A DNA stretch of 64,000 bases from an uncultured Verrucomicrobiae bacterium (GTDB lineage: Bacteria > Verrucomicrobiota > Verrucomicrobiia > Limisphaerales > Palsa-1400): the NCBI GenBank assembly GCA_963707025.1, contig CAVPOM010000015.1, forward strand, positions 128,001 to 192,000. Direction: 5' to 3'. The position numbers and the translations under genes were made by a program. The notes beneath the pieces were generated by a model. That model worked only from the letters and a program-made list of their open reading frames with translations, made no database searches and was not told where the DNA came from. Below, one piece after another: positions 37,760-49,743 of this stretch (position 1 is the stretch's first letter; each line of letters opens with the position of its first letter).

Positions 37760-38467
37760 TCAGCGCCGCCGGGCGGCGGCCACGAGCGTCTCCAGGTCGT
37801 AGTTCAACAAGTCGCCTATTCTTTCGATGGTGACATCGGCCCTGGGATAGCCGGCGGTGAGCCTGGCATCCAAGGCGTAGTGTCCCTGGCGCACGAAAAC
37901 GGCGGTCAGGCGCGCGCGCCAGATTTTTTTCATGGCGGCCAGGATGCGGACTTTGTCGTCCACCATGATGTAATGGCGGGCGGGATAATGGCGCGTCACA
38001 TCGGCCAATTCCTGCTCTTTGTGGACGTAAATCATGACGCGGCCCCCGACCGCCTCGAACAGGCCCGAGCGATCTATCTTGCGCGGCTGGAAAACGACAT
38101 CGCCATCCGAGAGCAGCACGACCGGCCCCCACTGCCGGCAATGAGCCAGCACGTCGAGGGAATTGGGAAAGAGCCGGTTGGCGAACGGATAATCAATCAG
38201 GAAACGCGACACGGCAAGCAGGCGCAGCCCATGCGGATGAGCGGCGCGATACCGCTGCAAGGCCCCGAGATAATCGGCATAACCGAGTTGCCCGCGCAGT
38301 TCCTCGAAGAATTTCCAATAATCCCGCGCGCCCCTCGCCCCGACCCCGGCCTCGAGATATTTTTCCAGGTCGGCGATGACCTGATCGTTGGAGAGCAGGG
38401 TATTGTCCACGTCGAAGAAAAACACGGCCTTGGCGGGAGCGGGTTTTCTGGGGGACGCCCGGTTCAT
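37760..38467 (-). CDS. HAD family hydrolase
   Basis: FFFDVDNTL motif I, LSDGD, MVDDK. Confidence 0.88.
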   Translation of the reverse strand: MNRASPRKPAPAKAVFFFDVDNTLLSNDQVIADLEKYLEAGVGARGARDYWKFFEELRGQLGYADYLGALQRYRAAHPHGLRLLAVSRFLIDYPFANRLFPNSLDVLAHCRQWGPVVLLSDGDVVFQPRKIDRSGLFEAVGGRVMIYVHKEQELADVTRHYPARHYIMVDDKVRILAAMKKIWRARLTAVFVRQGHYALDARLTAGYPRADVTIERIGDLLNYDLETLVAAARRR

Positions 38468-39993
38468 TCGATTTTTCTCCACGACCGTCCGTCGCGCGCC
38501 AGCAAATCGTCGGCTTCCCTGGGCCCCCAGGAACCGGCGGGGTAGTTGGGAAAGGCGCGCGGCGGCAGGGCCTTCCACACATCAATCACCGGGGTGATGA
38601 CGCTCCAGCCCGCTTCCACCATGTCGGCGCGCTGGAACAGGGTGGCGTCGCCGGTCATGCAATCGTAGATGAGCCGTTCGTAGCCGGTGCTGGGGGTCCT
38701 GCCGAAGTAATCCACGTAGTTGAATTTCATTTCCACCGGGCCCATCTGCATGATGGGGCCGGGGACCTTGGCGCCGAAACGCAGGGAAAGTCCTTCCCCC
38801 GGCTGGATCTGCAAAACCAGGCGGTTGGGGGTGAGCGTTTCCACCGAGGTCTCGCGAAACAACTGGAAGGGCGCGCCTTTAAATTGAATGGCGATCTCGG
38901 TCGTGCGCCGGGCCAGCCGTTTGCCCGTGCGGAGATAGAAGGGGACGTCGGCCCAGCGCCAGTTGTCAATTTTCAACTTCAAGGCCACAAAGGTTTCCGT
39001 GCTGGAATCCCTGGCCACCCCGGCTTCGGAGCGATATGCAGGCGCCGTTTCCTCCCCCACCCGGCCGGGGCCGTATTGGCCGCGCACGCTGGTGGTCAGG
39101 ACTTCTTCGGGGGAGGGGACGAGCACGGCGTGCAACACCTTGGCCTGTTCGTCCCGCACCGCATCAGCCTGGAAGGAAATGGGCGGCTCCATCGCGGTGA
39201 GGGAGACCAACTGAAAAAGATGATTGGGAACCATGTCGCGCAAGGCCCCGGCCGTTTCATAGTAGCCGCCGCGCGCTTCCACCCCCACCGTTTCGGCCGC
39301 GGTGATTTCCACATGGTCAATATAGCGCCGGTTCCAGATCGGCTCGAAGATGCTGTTGCCGAACCGGAAAATCATGATGTTCTGCACCGTCTCCTTGCCT
39401 AGGTAGTGATCAATGCGGAAAATCTGCCGTTCCTGGAGCGTGAGCTTGATGTCGGCATTGAGGGCGCGGGCCGACTCCAGATCGCGCCCGAAAGGTTTTT
39501 CAATCACGACCCGGCGCCAATGCCCCTCCTCTTCCGCCGCCAGCCCGGCCGCGCCCAGTTGCCGGACCGACTCGCCAAAAAAGCGGGGGGCCACCGCCAG
39601 ATAATAGAGATGGTTCCCCGGCACGTTGTGTTTCTGGCCGGCGTCGCTGATTTGCCCCCGGAGCAGTTGGTAGGCCTTGGGGTCCTGAAAATCGCCGCGC
39701 ACGTAGTAGAGGCGCCGCACAAACCAGCTCCACATCTCGGGCGTCACTTCGCAACTGGCGAATTCCTGGATGTCCTTGCCCATTTGCGCGCGGAAGCTCT
39801 CCGTCGTGTAGTCGTTGCCGGAAAATCCGACAATGGCAAATTGTTCGGGCAACAATTTCGCCGCCACGAGGTTGCAGAGGGCGGGAATGAGCTTGCGCTT
39901 GGTCAAATCGCCGCCCGCCCCGAAAATGACCATGACGCAGGGATCAGCCTGGCGCGCGGGCAGGTCGTTCGGTTCGCGAGGGGCGGCGCTCAC
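38464..39993 (-). CDS. zwf: Glucose-6-phosphate 1-dehydrogenase
   Basis: [30 protein letters not shown]. Confidence 0.97.
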   Translation of the reverse strand: MSAAPREPNDLPARQADPCVMVIFGAGGDLTKRKLIPALCNLVAAKLLPEQFAIVGFSGNDYTTESFRAQMGKDIQEFASCEVTPEMWSWFVRRLYYVRGDFQDPKAYQLLRGQISDAGQKHNVPGNHLYYLAVAPRFFGESVRQLGAAGLAAEEEGHWRRVVIEKPFGRDLESARALNADIKLTLQERQIFRIDHYLGKETVQNIMIFRFGNSIFEPIWNRRYIDHVEITAAETVGVEARGGYYETAGALRDMVPNHLFQLVSLTAMEPPISFQADAVRDEQAKVLHAVLVPSPEEVLTTSVRGQYGPGRVGEETAPAYRSEAGVARDSSTETFVALKLKIDNWRWADVPFYLRTGKRLARRTTEIAIQFKGAPFQLFRETSVETLTPNRLVLQIQPGEGLSLRFGAKVPGPIMQMGPVEMKFNYVDYFGRTPSTGYERLIYDCMTGDATLFQRADMVEAGWSVITPVIDVWKALPPRAFPNYPAGSWGPREADDLLARDGRSWRKIE

Positions 39994-40026
39994 GGGTTGA
40001 TTCCAGGAGGCGATCCGGCCGGCGGA

Positions 40027-40944
40027 TTATCCGGCGTAAATCGCCATGATCTTCTTGAGAAACGCCACCGCCTTGTCCTGTTGGCGCTGAAAGGAATTGC
40101 GCCCGATGATGGAGCCAAAACCGCCGCCGTCGCGGATGGCAGTGGCTTCCTGGAAAACCTTCTCGTCGTCCACCGCCGCGCCGCCGGAGAAAATCACGAT
40201 GCGGCGGCCGGCAAAGGCGCACTGCACAATGTGGCGCACGCGCTCGGTCAGGGTGCCGATGGGGATTTTTTCCTTATCATAAACTTTTTTCGCCTCCGCC
40301 TGCTCGATGTGGCTGGAGGGCAGCTTGACTTTGATGATATGGGCGCCCAGTTGCGCGGCGATTTGCGCGGCGTAACCGCATACATCAATGGCCGTCTCCC
40401 CCTCCTTGCTCAAGGAGGCCCCGCGCGGGTAAGACCAGATGACCACCGCCAACCCGGCCCGTTTGGCCAGCAGGGCCGCCTCCTTGATCTCCTCGTACAT
40501 GGTCACCCGATGCGCCGAACCGGGATAAATGGTAAAGCCGATGGCCGCGCAACCCAGCCGCAAGGCGTCCTCCACTGAACTGGTGACGGCGGACAGCGGG
40601 TCCTTTTCGTCATGCAACACGTCGTGGTTGTTGATTTTGAGAATCAGCGGAATTTCTCCGGCAAATTCGCGCGCGGCCGCTTCCAGGGAGCCGAGCGGCG
40701 CGGCGTAGGCGTTGCAGCCGGAAGCGATGGCCAGCCCCATGTGATAGCGGGGATCGTAGCCGGGCGGATTGACGGCGAAACTGCGGGCCGGGCCGTGTTC
40801 AAATCCCTGGTCCACCGGCAGGATGACCAGCCGCCCGCTGCCGCCGAGCGTGCCGTGGTTGAGCAGACGGGCCAGATTGGCCAGCGTTCCCGGATTGTCT
40901 GCGCCGTACCAGCTCAATATCTCTTTAACTCGTGATGTAGCCAT
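40027..40944 (-). CDS. fbaB: Class I fructose-bisphosphate aldolase (DhnA type)
   Basis: LPVDQGFEHGP, WSYPRG, AHIIKVK, FSGG, GSIIGRNSFQR. Confidence 0.93.
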   Translation of the reverse strand: MATSRVKEILSWYGADNPGTLANLARLLNHGTLGGSGRLVILPVDQGFEHGPARSFAVNPPGYDPRYHMGLAIASGCNAYAAPLGSLEAAAREFAGEIPLILKINNHDVLHDEKDPLSAVTSSVEDALRLGCAAIGFTIYPGSAHRVTMYEEIKEAALLAKRAGLAVVIWSYPRGASLSKEGETAIDVCGYAAQIAAQLGAHIIKVKLPSSHIEQAEAKKVYDKEKIPIGTLTERVRHIVQCAFAGRRIVIFSGGAAVDDEKVFQEATAIRDGGGFGSIIGRNSFQRQQDKAVAFLKKIMAIYAG

Positions 40945-41000
40945 AGTTGTTTTCCTTTTTTCTGCAATTATCGATCAGCATTTTCAATTTGCATTATGTT

Positions 41001-41984
41001 TCATTTTCCACCCTTCGGTTCCACATGACCGCCAAATTTTTGGCGCATGGCCGAAAGCATTTTGTCCGCGAAAGTGCGATCCTGGCGGGAACGAAACCGG
41101 GCAAAAAGCGCGGCCGTGAGAACCTCGGCCGGCACCGCTTCCTCGATGGCGGCATTGATCGTCCACCGTCCTTCGCCGGAATCCTGCACGAATCCGGTGT
41201 AATTGGAAAGGGTGGGATTTTCCGCCAGGGCCATGGCCGTCAAGTCCAGCAGCCACGAGCCGATGACACTGCCGCGCCGCCACAGTTCGGCGACGTTGGC
41301 AAGGTTGAGATCGTAGCGCCGGTCCTCCGGGACATCCTTTGTATTGACGCTGCGCAGAATGTCAAAACCTTCCGCGTAAGCCTGCATGATGCCGTACTCG
41401 ATGCCGTTGTGGACCATTTTGACGAAATGCCCGGCCCCGGCGGGCCCGCAATGGAGAAAACCCTGTTCCGCCGTGCCATGAATGGCCTCTCGGCCCGGCG
41501 AGGGAGGAATCGTTCCCTGGCCGGGGGCCAGCGCGGTAAAAATGGGTTGGAGCCGCTGCACCGTGGCGCGGTCGCCCCCGATCATCAGGCAATAGCCCCG
41601 TTCCACGCCCCAGACGCCGCCGCTGGTGCCAACGTCCAGATAGTTGATTCCTTTGGGCTGAAGCATTTTGGCGCGGCGGACATCATCCTGGAAAAACGAG
41701 TTGCCGCCGTCAATCAGGGTGCTGCCGGCGGGGAGCAGGGCGGCCATTTGCAGGACGGCGTTTTCCGTGGCCGCGCCGGCCGGGACCATCAACCAGACGG
41801 TTTTGGGCGCGGCCAATTTGCCGGCCAAATCCTCCAGCGAAGACGAGCCGGTGGCGCCTTCCTTGACCATGGCCTGGACGGCGTCCTGGCCCCGGGCATA
41901 CACCACGCATTGGTGGCCCTGTTTCATCAGGCGGCGCGCCATGTTGGCGCCCATTTTCCCAATTCCGATCATTCCGATTTGCAT
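41001..41984 (-). CDS. gnd: Short-type decarboxylating 6-phosphogluconate dehydrogenase
   Basis: [46 protein letters not shown]. Confidence 0.95.
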   Translation of the reverse strand: MQIGMIGIGKMGANMARRLMKQGHQCVVYARGQDAVQAMVKEGATGSSSLEDLAGKLAAPKTVWLMVPAGAATENAVLQMAALLPAGSTLIDGGNSFFQDDVRRAKMLQPKGINYLDVGTSGGVWGVERGYCLMIGGDRATVQRLQPIFTALAPGQGTIPPSPGREAIHGTAEQGFLHCGPAGAGHFVKMVHNGIEYGIMQAYAEGFDILRSVNTKDVPEDRRYDLNLANVAELWRRGSVIGSWLLDLTAMALAENPTLSNYTGFVQDSGEGRWTINAAIEEAVPAEVLTAALFARFRSRQDRTFADKMLSAMRQKFGGHVEPKGGK

Positions 41985-42120
41985 CGTCGTGTCCTTTGTT
42001 GGCCGCTGGCTGACGGCATTATTGGCGCAGAGCATAATGGATTTAAGAAAACCCGCAAGCCGCTTTGCATGGCCATGGGTGGCATGGGGCCTCTCCGTTT
42101 TCTCAAAGAAGGATTTGTCG

Positions 42121-43714
42121 CTATGGCCGCACGGCCAGTTGGCGGAAGGTTTGCGGGAGGCGTGACCTCGCCCACATCACTATAAAAAGATCCAGCAGCA
42201 GAGCAGGGAATAGCGCCGCTATCATGGGCCACCTTGTCCAGTCGCCCCTGGCCCAGACGAATGCGATGGAAGGGGTTGCCACACTGATGATCATGCGCGT
42301 TATCAACCAGGGAACCAACAGCACCAGACTCAGGCTGCCCAGAATGGCGCGGATGCGGCCTCTGCATTTGAGGCCGAGCCACATCCCGGCCCAGGCCAGG
42401 GCTGCGGCATCGGCCAGGAGGAAGAGCATCGGTGGCCAGTAACCAAGCGTGACCGGATGCCATCCAAAGTAGGTTTCGGGCCTGTGTATCTCCATGCAAA
42501 ATTCCCAAGCCAGCACCAGCGCGATGGGGCCGGCGAATTGTTTGACCAGCGCCAGCCATTGGCCGTGGATGATCTGGCGCGCGCTTAGTGGTGTGGCCAA
42601 CAGAGCTTCAAAGGTGTTGTTGCTGCGGTCTTCCGTGAAACGGCGAGCCGCTTCCGCCGCAATCCAGATTTTCAGCGGGACATGCAGAACAAAAATCGTG
42701 GCCGTCACCGCACCTTCGTCCGCCATCACTCCCATTCCGTACTGCAATGCGCCGATGACCCAAATGGCGAGAATGGCCAGAACGAACAACCAGACGCGCT
42801 CGGGGCTGGCTTCTTCGCCTTGCAGAGCCAGCCAGAGAAAAGGGTTGCGTTCCAGCCAGGCGCGGCCTCTTGCGGCGCGGGCCTGGGTCCGCCAGGTTGT
42901 CTTCCGGCGCCACAGGCGCGGCTTCTTCTTCGGGCCGCTTTCCTCCCACGAGTGAGGAACATGGGCGCTGGCCCGTGCGATCAAGGCCGCGGCCATCAGC
43001 CATTGCCAGAGGATGGAAAGCCAGAAGGAGTACTCCGGGAAGGGCGGGGTGGGAAACATGGTCTGGCCGATGCCGTAGAAAGGACTGATGAAGAAAGTTC
43101 TCCAGAGCCTCTGTTAGGGGAATCGCCTGGACCGCATTGTCATACCAAGCCGACAGGAGAAAGGGGAGGATGGATGCGGCCAGGAGAATGAGAACAGTGA
43201 AGAACATGGCCTTGCGTTCATTGCGGCTGTGGGTCGAAACGAAGATGCCGGCCGAGAGGGAGAGCACCATGGTGCTGAACAGAACCAGCGCCACTTTCGC
43301 AAACTGGGCAAAGGTCACGCCGCCCAGCAGGACCGGCAGGCCCAGAACGGGCAGAATGGCCAGCAGCCCATAGAGGGCGTTGAGGGAGTTGGCCGCCAAT
43401 TTTCCGCAGATCACGTCATAGCCCTTGAGATCGGTCAGGAAGAGCAGGCCCAGAGTCCCTTCCCGTTTTTCGGAACTGACGCAATCGGCGGTGGCGAGGG
43501 CGCCGATGAGGAGGCAAAAGACAAAGGCGCAAATCGTCAGGGTCATCATCATACTCTGCCCGAACTGGCTGCTGTTTTGATCCAAGCCGGAGGCTTTGAG
43601 GAACCAGATGAAAAGGCCGAGCATCACCAGCACCGCGTAGAAACGCACCCGGTAAATGGCCCGCCCCCGCGCCGCCACGCGCAATTCCCTTTCCACCACG
43701 GGGAGAACGACCAT
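42121..43714 (-). CDS. ABC-2-type permease-like membrane protein; apparent frameshift near 43110
   Basis: [29 protein letters not shown], and a second repeat [16 protein letters not shown] in the downstream frame. Confidence 0.8.
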
Positions 43715-43717
43715 GGG

Positions 43718-45578
<1,861 letters not shown>

Positions 45579-45675
45579 CTTTGCAAGAACGGGGGACAAT
45601 ATGGTGAAGGGCTGCTCTTTTCGTCAAGGCGGCAAGAAAGATTTAATTTCTCAAAAAAACATTCTCCCAGGCATT

Positions 45676-45690
45676 TGGCACAAGGTATGC
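45676..45690 (+). promoter_or_regulatory. sigma54-like -24/-12 element
   Basis: TGGCAC-AAGGT-ATGC (GG-N10-GC). Confidence 0.35.
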
Positions 45691-45966
45691 GTGCAGGGAA
45701 TGGCGGACGGCAAATTGCGGATTGTGGATTGGAGGACAGAGCATCCGGTAACAATCCAATGGTCGTGGTCTTGTGTCGGCATCAGTTTGGCTCCTTAGGT
45801 TGCGATGGCGCTCAAATTCCGATCAGCTTAAGTTAAGCCTAACCTCAATTGGGTTAACAAGCAAGTCCGATGGCGCTGATCGCGGGCGGGGCGAAGAATA
45901 AATGCAAACTGCATGATCAGTGGCAGGATTGCGCGGATGGGGCGAGGCTCAAATCCTGCAAGACCT

Positions 45967-46012
45967 GCCCGGCAAGACGCCGGGCACGGCGGAGCAGGCC
46001 GCCCGCGCTCCC
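45967..46012. repeat. REP-like hairpins downstream of mfd
   Basis: gcccggcaagacgccgggc followed by gcaggccgcccgcgctccc. Confidence 0.4.
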
Positions 46013-46042
46013 GGGGAATGATCCCGGGATCATCAGGCGGCC

Positions 46043-49000
46043 CTAGAGGGAGAGCAACAATTTTTTGATCTCGTTCAGGCGGGCGGAGGGGGTGGCGCGG
46101 GTCAGGCGGGGGAATTTTCCGGAGGCCATCAGGAAATCGTTGTTGCGCGTGAGCATGAGTTTGTCGCCTTTGGTTTCGATGACCGTCACGTTCTTGTCGG
46201 CGGCAATGAGTTTGAGTTCGGCCGCTTTGAGCAGAAGCCCGGCGGAGGGCGGCAGGGGGCCGAAACGGTCGCGCAGTTCGATCTTCAGTTGGCGCAAGGC
46301 GGCGGGATCAGCGGCTTGGGCCAGTTTGCGGTAGATGTCAATGCGATGGCGGGAGTCGGCGATGTAGGTGACGGGGAAGGAGGCGATGGCCCGGGGCCTG
46401 GCCGCTTGGGGATGGCCCATTTCCGGCCCTGGAATCCAGGTGGCGACTTGGCGGGCGACTTGCATGTCCGGGGCGGAAGTTGTTCGGGAACGTTCCGGGC
46501 GGGCGGGGCGGTCCTCGCGGGGGTGGGCCAGGAAATCGAGGCGGAGCTGCACTTCGAGGCGGGGTTTGATTTTCTCGCCTTTGAGATTGCTCACGCTTTG
46601 TTGGAGCAGTTGACAGTAAAGCTCAAAGCCGACGGCGGCAATGTGGCCGCTTTGTTCGGCGCCGAGCAGGTTGCCGGCGCCGCGGATTTCCAGGTCGCGC
46701 ATGGCGATGCGGAAACCGCTGCCTAAAGTGGAGTACTGCTTGATCGCGGTGATGCGCTTGCGCGCCTCGGCGAGCAGGCCGGCATGGCGCGGCAGGAGGA
46801 GATAGGCGTAGGCCTGGTGCTTGTAACGGCCCACCCGGCCGCGCAGTTGATAGAGATCGCTCAGGCCAAAGCGGTCGGCGCGGTCTATGATGATGGTGTT
46901 GGCATTGGGAATGTCCAGGCCGCTTTCGATGATGGTGGTTGACAGCAGCACATCGGTGCGGCCGTTGACGAAGGCGGCCATGACTTCCTCCAGTTCGCCC
47001 GCTTGCATCCGGCCGTGGCCGATGGCCAGGCGGGCCTGCGGGACCAGCGCGCGCAAACGCAGACCCACCGCCTCGATGTCCAAGATGCGGTTGTGCAAAT
47101 AAAAAACCTGGCCGCCGCGGTTGAGTTCGCGCTGGATGGCCTCGCGCACGGTGCGCTCGTCGTAGGGCGCCACGATGGTCTCGACGGGCAGCCGGTCCTG
47201 GGGCGGAGTTTCCATGGTGCTCATGTCGCGCGCGCCGGCCAGCGCCAGGTAGAGAGTGCGGGGGATGGGCGTGGCGGTCAGGGTCAGCACATCCACGGTG
47301 ACGCGGAGCTGTTTGAATCTTTCCTTGTGCAGGACGCCAAAGCGCTGCTCTTCATCAATGACGACCAGTCCCAAATCTTTGAAGGCAATGTCGCGCTGCA
47401 ACAGGCGGTGCGTGCCGATGACAATGTCCACCGCGCCGGCGGCCAGTTGCCGGATGGCGCCCGCCAGTTCGCTCCGGGTGCGAAAGCGGGAGAGCAGCTC
47501 GATGCGCAGCGGATAATCGGCCATGCGTTCGCGAAAGGTGTTGAAATGTTGCTGGGCCAGGACGGTGGTGGGGGCGAGGATGGCCACTTGTTTGCCGGCC
47601 AAGGCGGCCTTGAAGGCGGCGCGGATGGCCACTTCGGTTTTGCCATAGCCGACGTCGCCGCAGATGAGCCGGTCCATGGGCCGGGGCGCTTCCATGTCCT
47701 GTTTGGTGGCGAGGATGGCGCGGTTTTGGTCGGGCGTCTCCTCATAGACGAAGCTGTTCTCAAATTCGCATTGCCAGCCGGCGTCGGGCGGGAAGGCATG
47801 GCCGGGCTGGGAAGCGCGGGCGGCCTGGATGGACAGCATTTCGCCCGCCAGGTCCCGCACGGCCTCTTCCGCCCTGGATTTGGTCCTGGCCCAGCGCGCC
47901 CCGCCCAGAGCGTTGAGCCGGGGCCGCGCCCTGCCGGAGCCGACGTATTTGCTGACCAGATGCGCTTCGCTCACCGGCACGTAAAGTTTGGGAGCCGGCG
48001 CCTCGCTGTCGCGGGAACCATATTCGATGACCAGACATTCCTCGCCGGAGACGGGGGCATGCGAGCCGGTAGGCGGGAGAAGGCGGGAAGGCATGGCCTG
48101 CAGGCCCAGGTAGCGTCCGATGCCGTGCTGGAGATGGACGACGTAATCGCCCTCCTCCAATTCGGAAAAGTTGATGTCCAACAACGACCGGCTGGTCTGG
48201 GCGTGCGGGGATTTGAGCCGGCGCGGACGTTGCACTTTGTAGCGGCCAAAGATTTCGGCGTCGGTCACGACAGCCAGTTTGGCCGCCTCAAAGAGAAAGC
48301 CGCGGGCAAGGGCGCCGGCGCGTATTTGTAATGGACTGGCGGGGCCGAGGCCGTATTCCTGCCAAACTTCCCCGAACCGCTGTTGTTCCCCGTCGTTGTT
48401 GCAAAAAATGAAGACGGCATAGTCCTGGCGCGCCCAGCGATGGATCTGCCCGAAAAACTCCTTGCGCTGCGCTTCGGCGATATGCGCCTCCGGCGGATGG
48501 TCGCCGATGGGCCGGAAAAACTCCAGGCTCTGCAACGAGAGAGCAGGCCAGTCAGGCGGGGCTGGAGGATGGAGGACGGAGGATGGCTCCGCGGAATCCG
48601 GCAGGGCGGGCGCTTCCAAGTTTTCGGAGAAGAGATTTCCCAATTCGCTTGCGCTGATGGAAAACATTCCGCGCCGCGCCATTTCGTCTTGAAATTCCTG
48701 CCAGGAAATGAGGAACGGGTTGCCGGGCGGGACCTGCGCTTCGTAAGCGCCGGCCTGTTCGCATAATCGTTCCGGTTCGCAGAGGAGAAAAATGGCGTTG
48801 GGCGGCAGATAATCGAGCAGGCTGGCGGCGGGCGGCGCGGCCTGGCCGGGGCGGGCCAGGGCCTGCTTCAACAAACCCAGCTCGCCGCCGGGCGGGATGA
48901 CGATTTCCGCGGCTTCCTCCCTGGAGATTTGGGTGAGAGGATCGAACTGGCGCAAGGATGCCAGCTCGTCGCCGAAAAATTCCAGGCGGGCGGGGAAGCG

Positions 49001-49588
49001 GCTGGTCAGGGGCCAGAGGTCAACAATACCGCCGCGCAGGGCAATATCGCCTTTGTGCGTGACCTGGGCTTCCGGCTCGTAGCCCTGGCCTTCGAGCCAT
49101 TCCATCAAATCCAGCGGGTCGGCGTGATCGCCCTTTTGCAGGCGGCGGGTGCGCCCGTCCAGTTCCGAGGGGGGCAAAGTCCTTTCCAGCAACGCGGTGA
49201 CGCTGGCGACGACCATCCTGGCTTGGGAAACCGGTTTTTGAGCGAGCGCGACCAGGGTTTCCAGGCGTTCGCTGATGACATCAACGTGGGGCAGGCGGGC
49301 TTCGTGGGGCAGGACTTCCCAGGAGGGATAAAAAAGGGAGGAGGCAGGATCAGGATTAAGACTGCGATTGGGAGATGGGAGATGGGCGAGCCAGGTTTGG
49401 ATGTCTTGCTGGAAAACTTCCTGTGTTTTCAAATTCTGGGCGACGACGATGATGGGACGGTCGGGGAACAGGGATGACAGCAGAGCGGCCAGGAATGGGT
49501 GGGCGGCGGGACTGACGGCGTCCAAAGACAAAGGTTCCCCTTTCTCCACACATTCGCGCAGGGCTTGCACGGCGGGAGATGACGCCAC
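46043..49588 (-). CDS. mfd: Transcription-repair coupling factor
   Basis: RGGIVD, GDYVVH..HGIGRY, CGDVGYGKTE, IDEEQRFG, TATPIPRT, QLRGRVGR, DLEIRGAGN, TRCF domain. Confidence 0.97.
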   Translation of the reverse strand: MASSPAVQALRECVEKGEPLSLDAVSPAAHPFLAALLSSLFPDRPIIVVAQNLKTQEVFQQDIQTWLAHLPSPNRSLNPDPASSLFYPSWEVLPHEARLPHVDVISERLETLVALAQKPVSQARMVVASVTALLERTLPPSELDGRTRRLQKGDHADPLDLMEWLEGQGYEPEAQVTHKGDIALRGGIVDLWPLTSRFPARLEFFGDELASLRQFDPLTQISREEAAEIVIPPGGELGLLKQALARPGQAAPPAASLLDYLPPNAIFLLCEPERLCEQAGAYEAQVPPGNPFLISWQEFQDEMARRGMFSISASELGNLFSENLEAPALPDSAEPSSVLHPPAPPDWPALSLQSLEFFRPIGDHPPEAHIAEAQRKEFFGQIHRWARQDYAVFIFCNNDGEQQRFGEVWQEYGLGPASPLQIRAGALARGFLFEAAKLAVVTDAEIFGRYKVQRPRRLKSPHAQTSRSLLDINFSELEEGDYVVHLQHGIGRYLGLQAMPSRLLPPTGSHAPVSGEECLVIEYGSRDSEAPAPKLYVPVSEAHLVSKYVGSGRARPRLNALGGARWARTKSRAEEAVRDLAGEMLSIQAARASQPGHAFPPDAGWQCEFENSFVYEETPDQNRAILATKQDMEAPRPMDRLICGDVGYGKTEVAIRAAFKAALAGKQVAILAPTTVLAQQHFNTFRERMADYPLRIELLSRFRTRSELAGAIRQLAAGAVDIVIGTHRLLQRDIAFKDLGLVVIDEEQRFGVLHKERFKQLRVTVDVLTLTATPIPRTLYLALAGARDMSTMETPPQDRLPVETIVAPYDERTVREAIQRELNRGGQVFYLHNRILDIEAVGLRLRALVPQARLAIGHGRMQAGELEEVMAAFVNGRTDVLLSTTIIESGLDIPNANTIIIDRADRFGLSDLYQLRGRVGRYKHQAYAYLLLPRHAGLLAEARKRITAIKQYSTLGSGFRIAMRDLEIRGAGNLLGAEQSGHIAAVGFELYCQLLQQSVSNLKGEKIKPRLEVQLRLDFLAHPREDRPARPERSRTTSAPDMQVARQVATWIPGPEMGHPQAARPRAIASFPVTYIADSRHRIDIYRKLAQAADPAALRQLKIELRDRFGPLPPSAGLLLKAAELKLIAADKNVTVIETKGDKLMLTRNNDFLMASGKFPRLTRATPSARLNEIKKLLLSL

Positions 49589-49743
49589 GACCGAAAATAT
49601 ATCGCCGGTCGCCGGAACTGACGGCTTTATGCCAACCAGTAAAGCTGGCCCCGGTCGGCGGAAAATTCAAGGGCGGCTTTTGCTGGAACATAATTGTGTC
49701 GCCTGGCCCAGGAAGAAGTGCTTGAATTTCGCCCAAACAAAAC

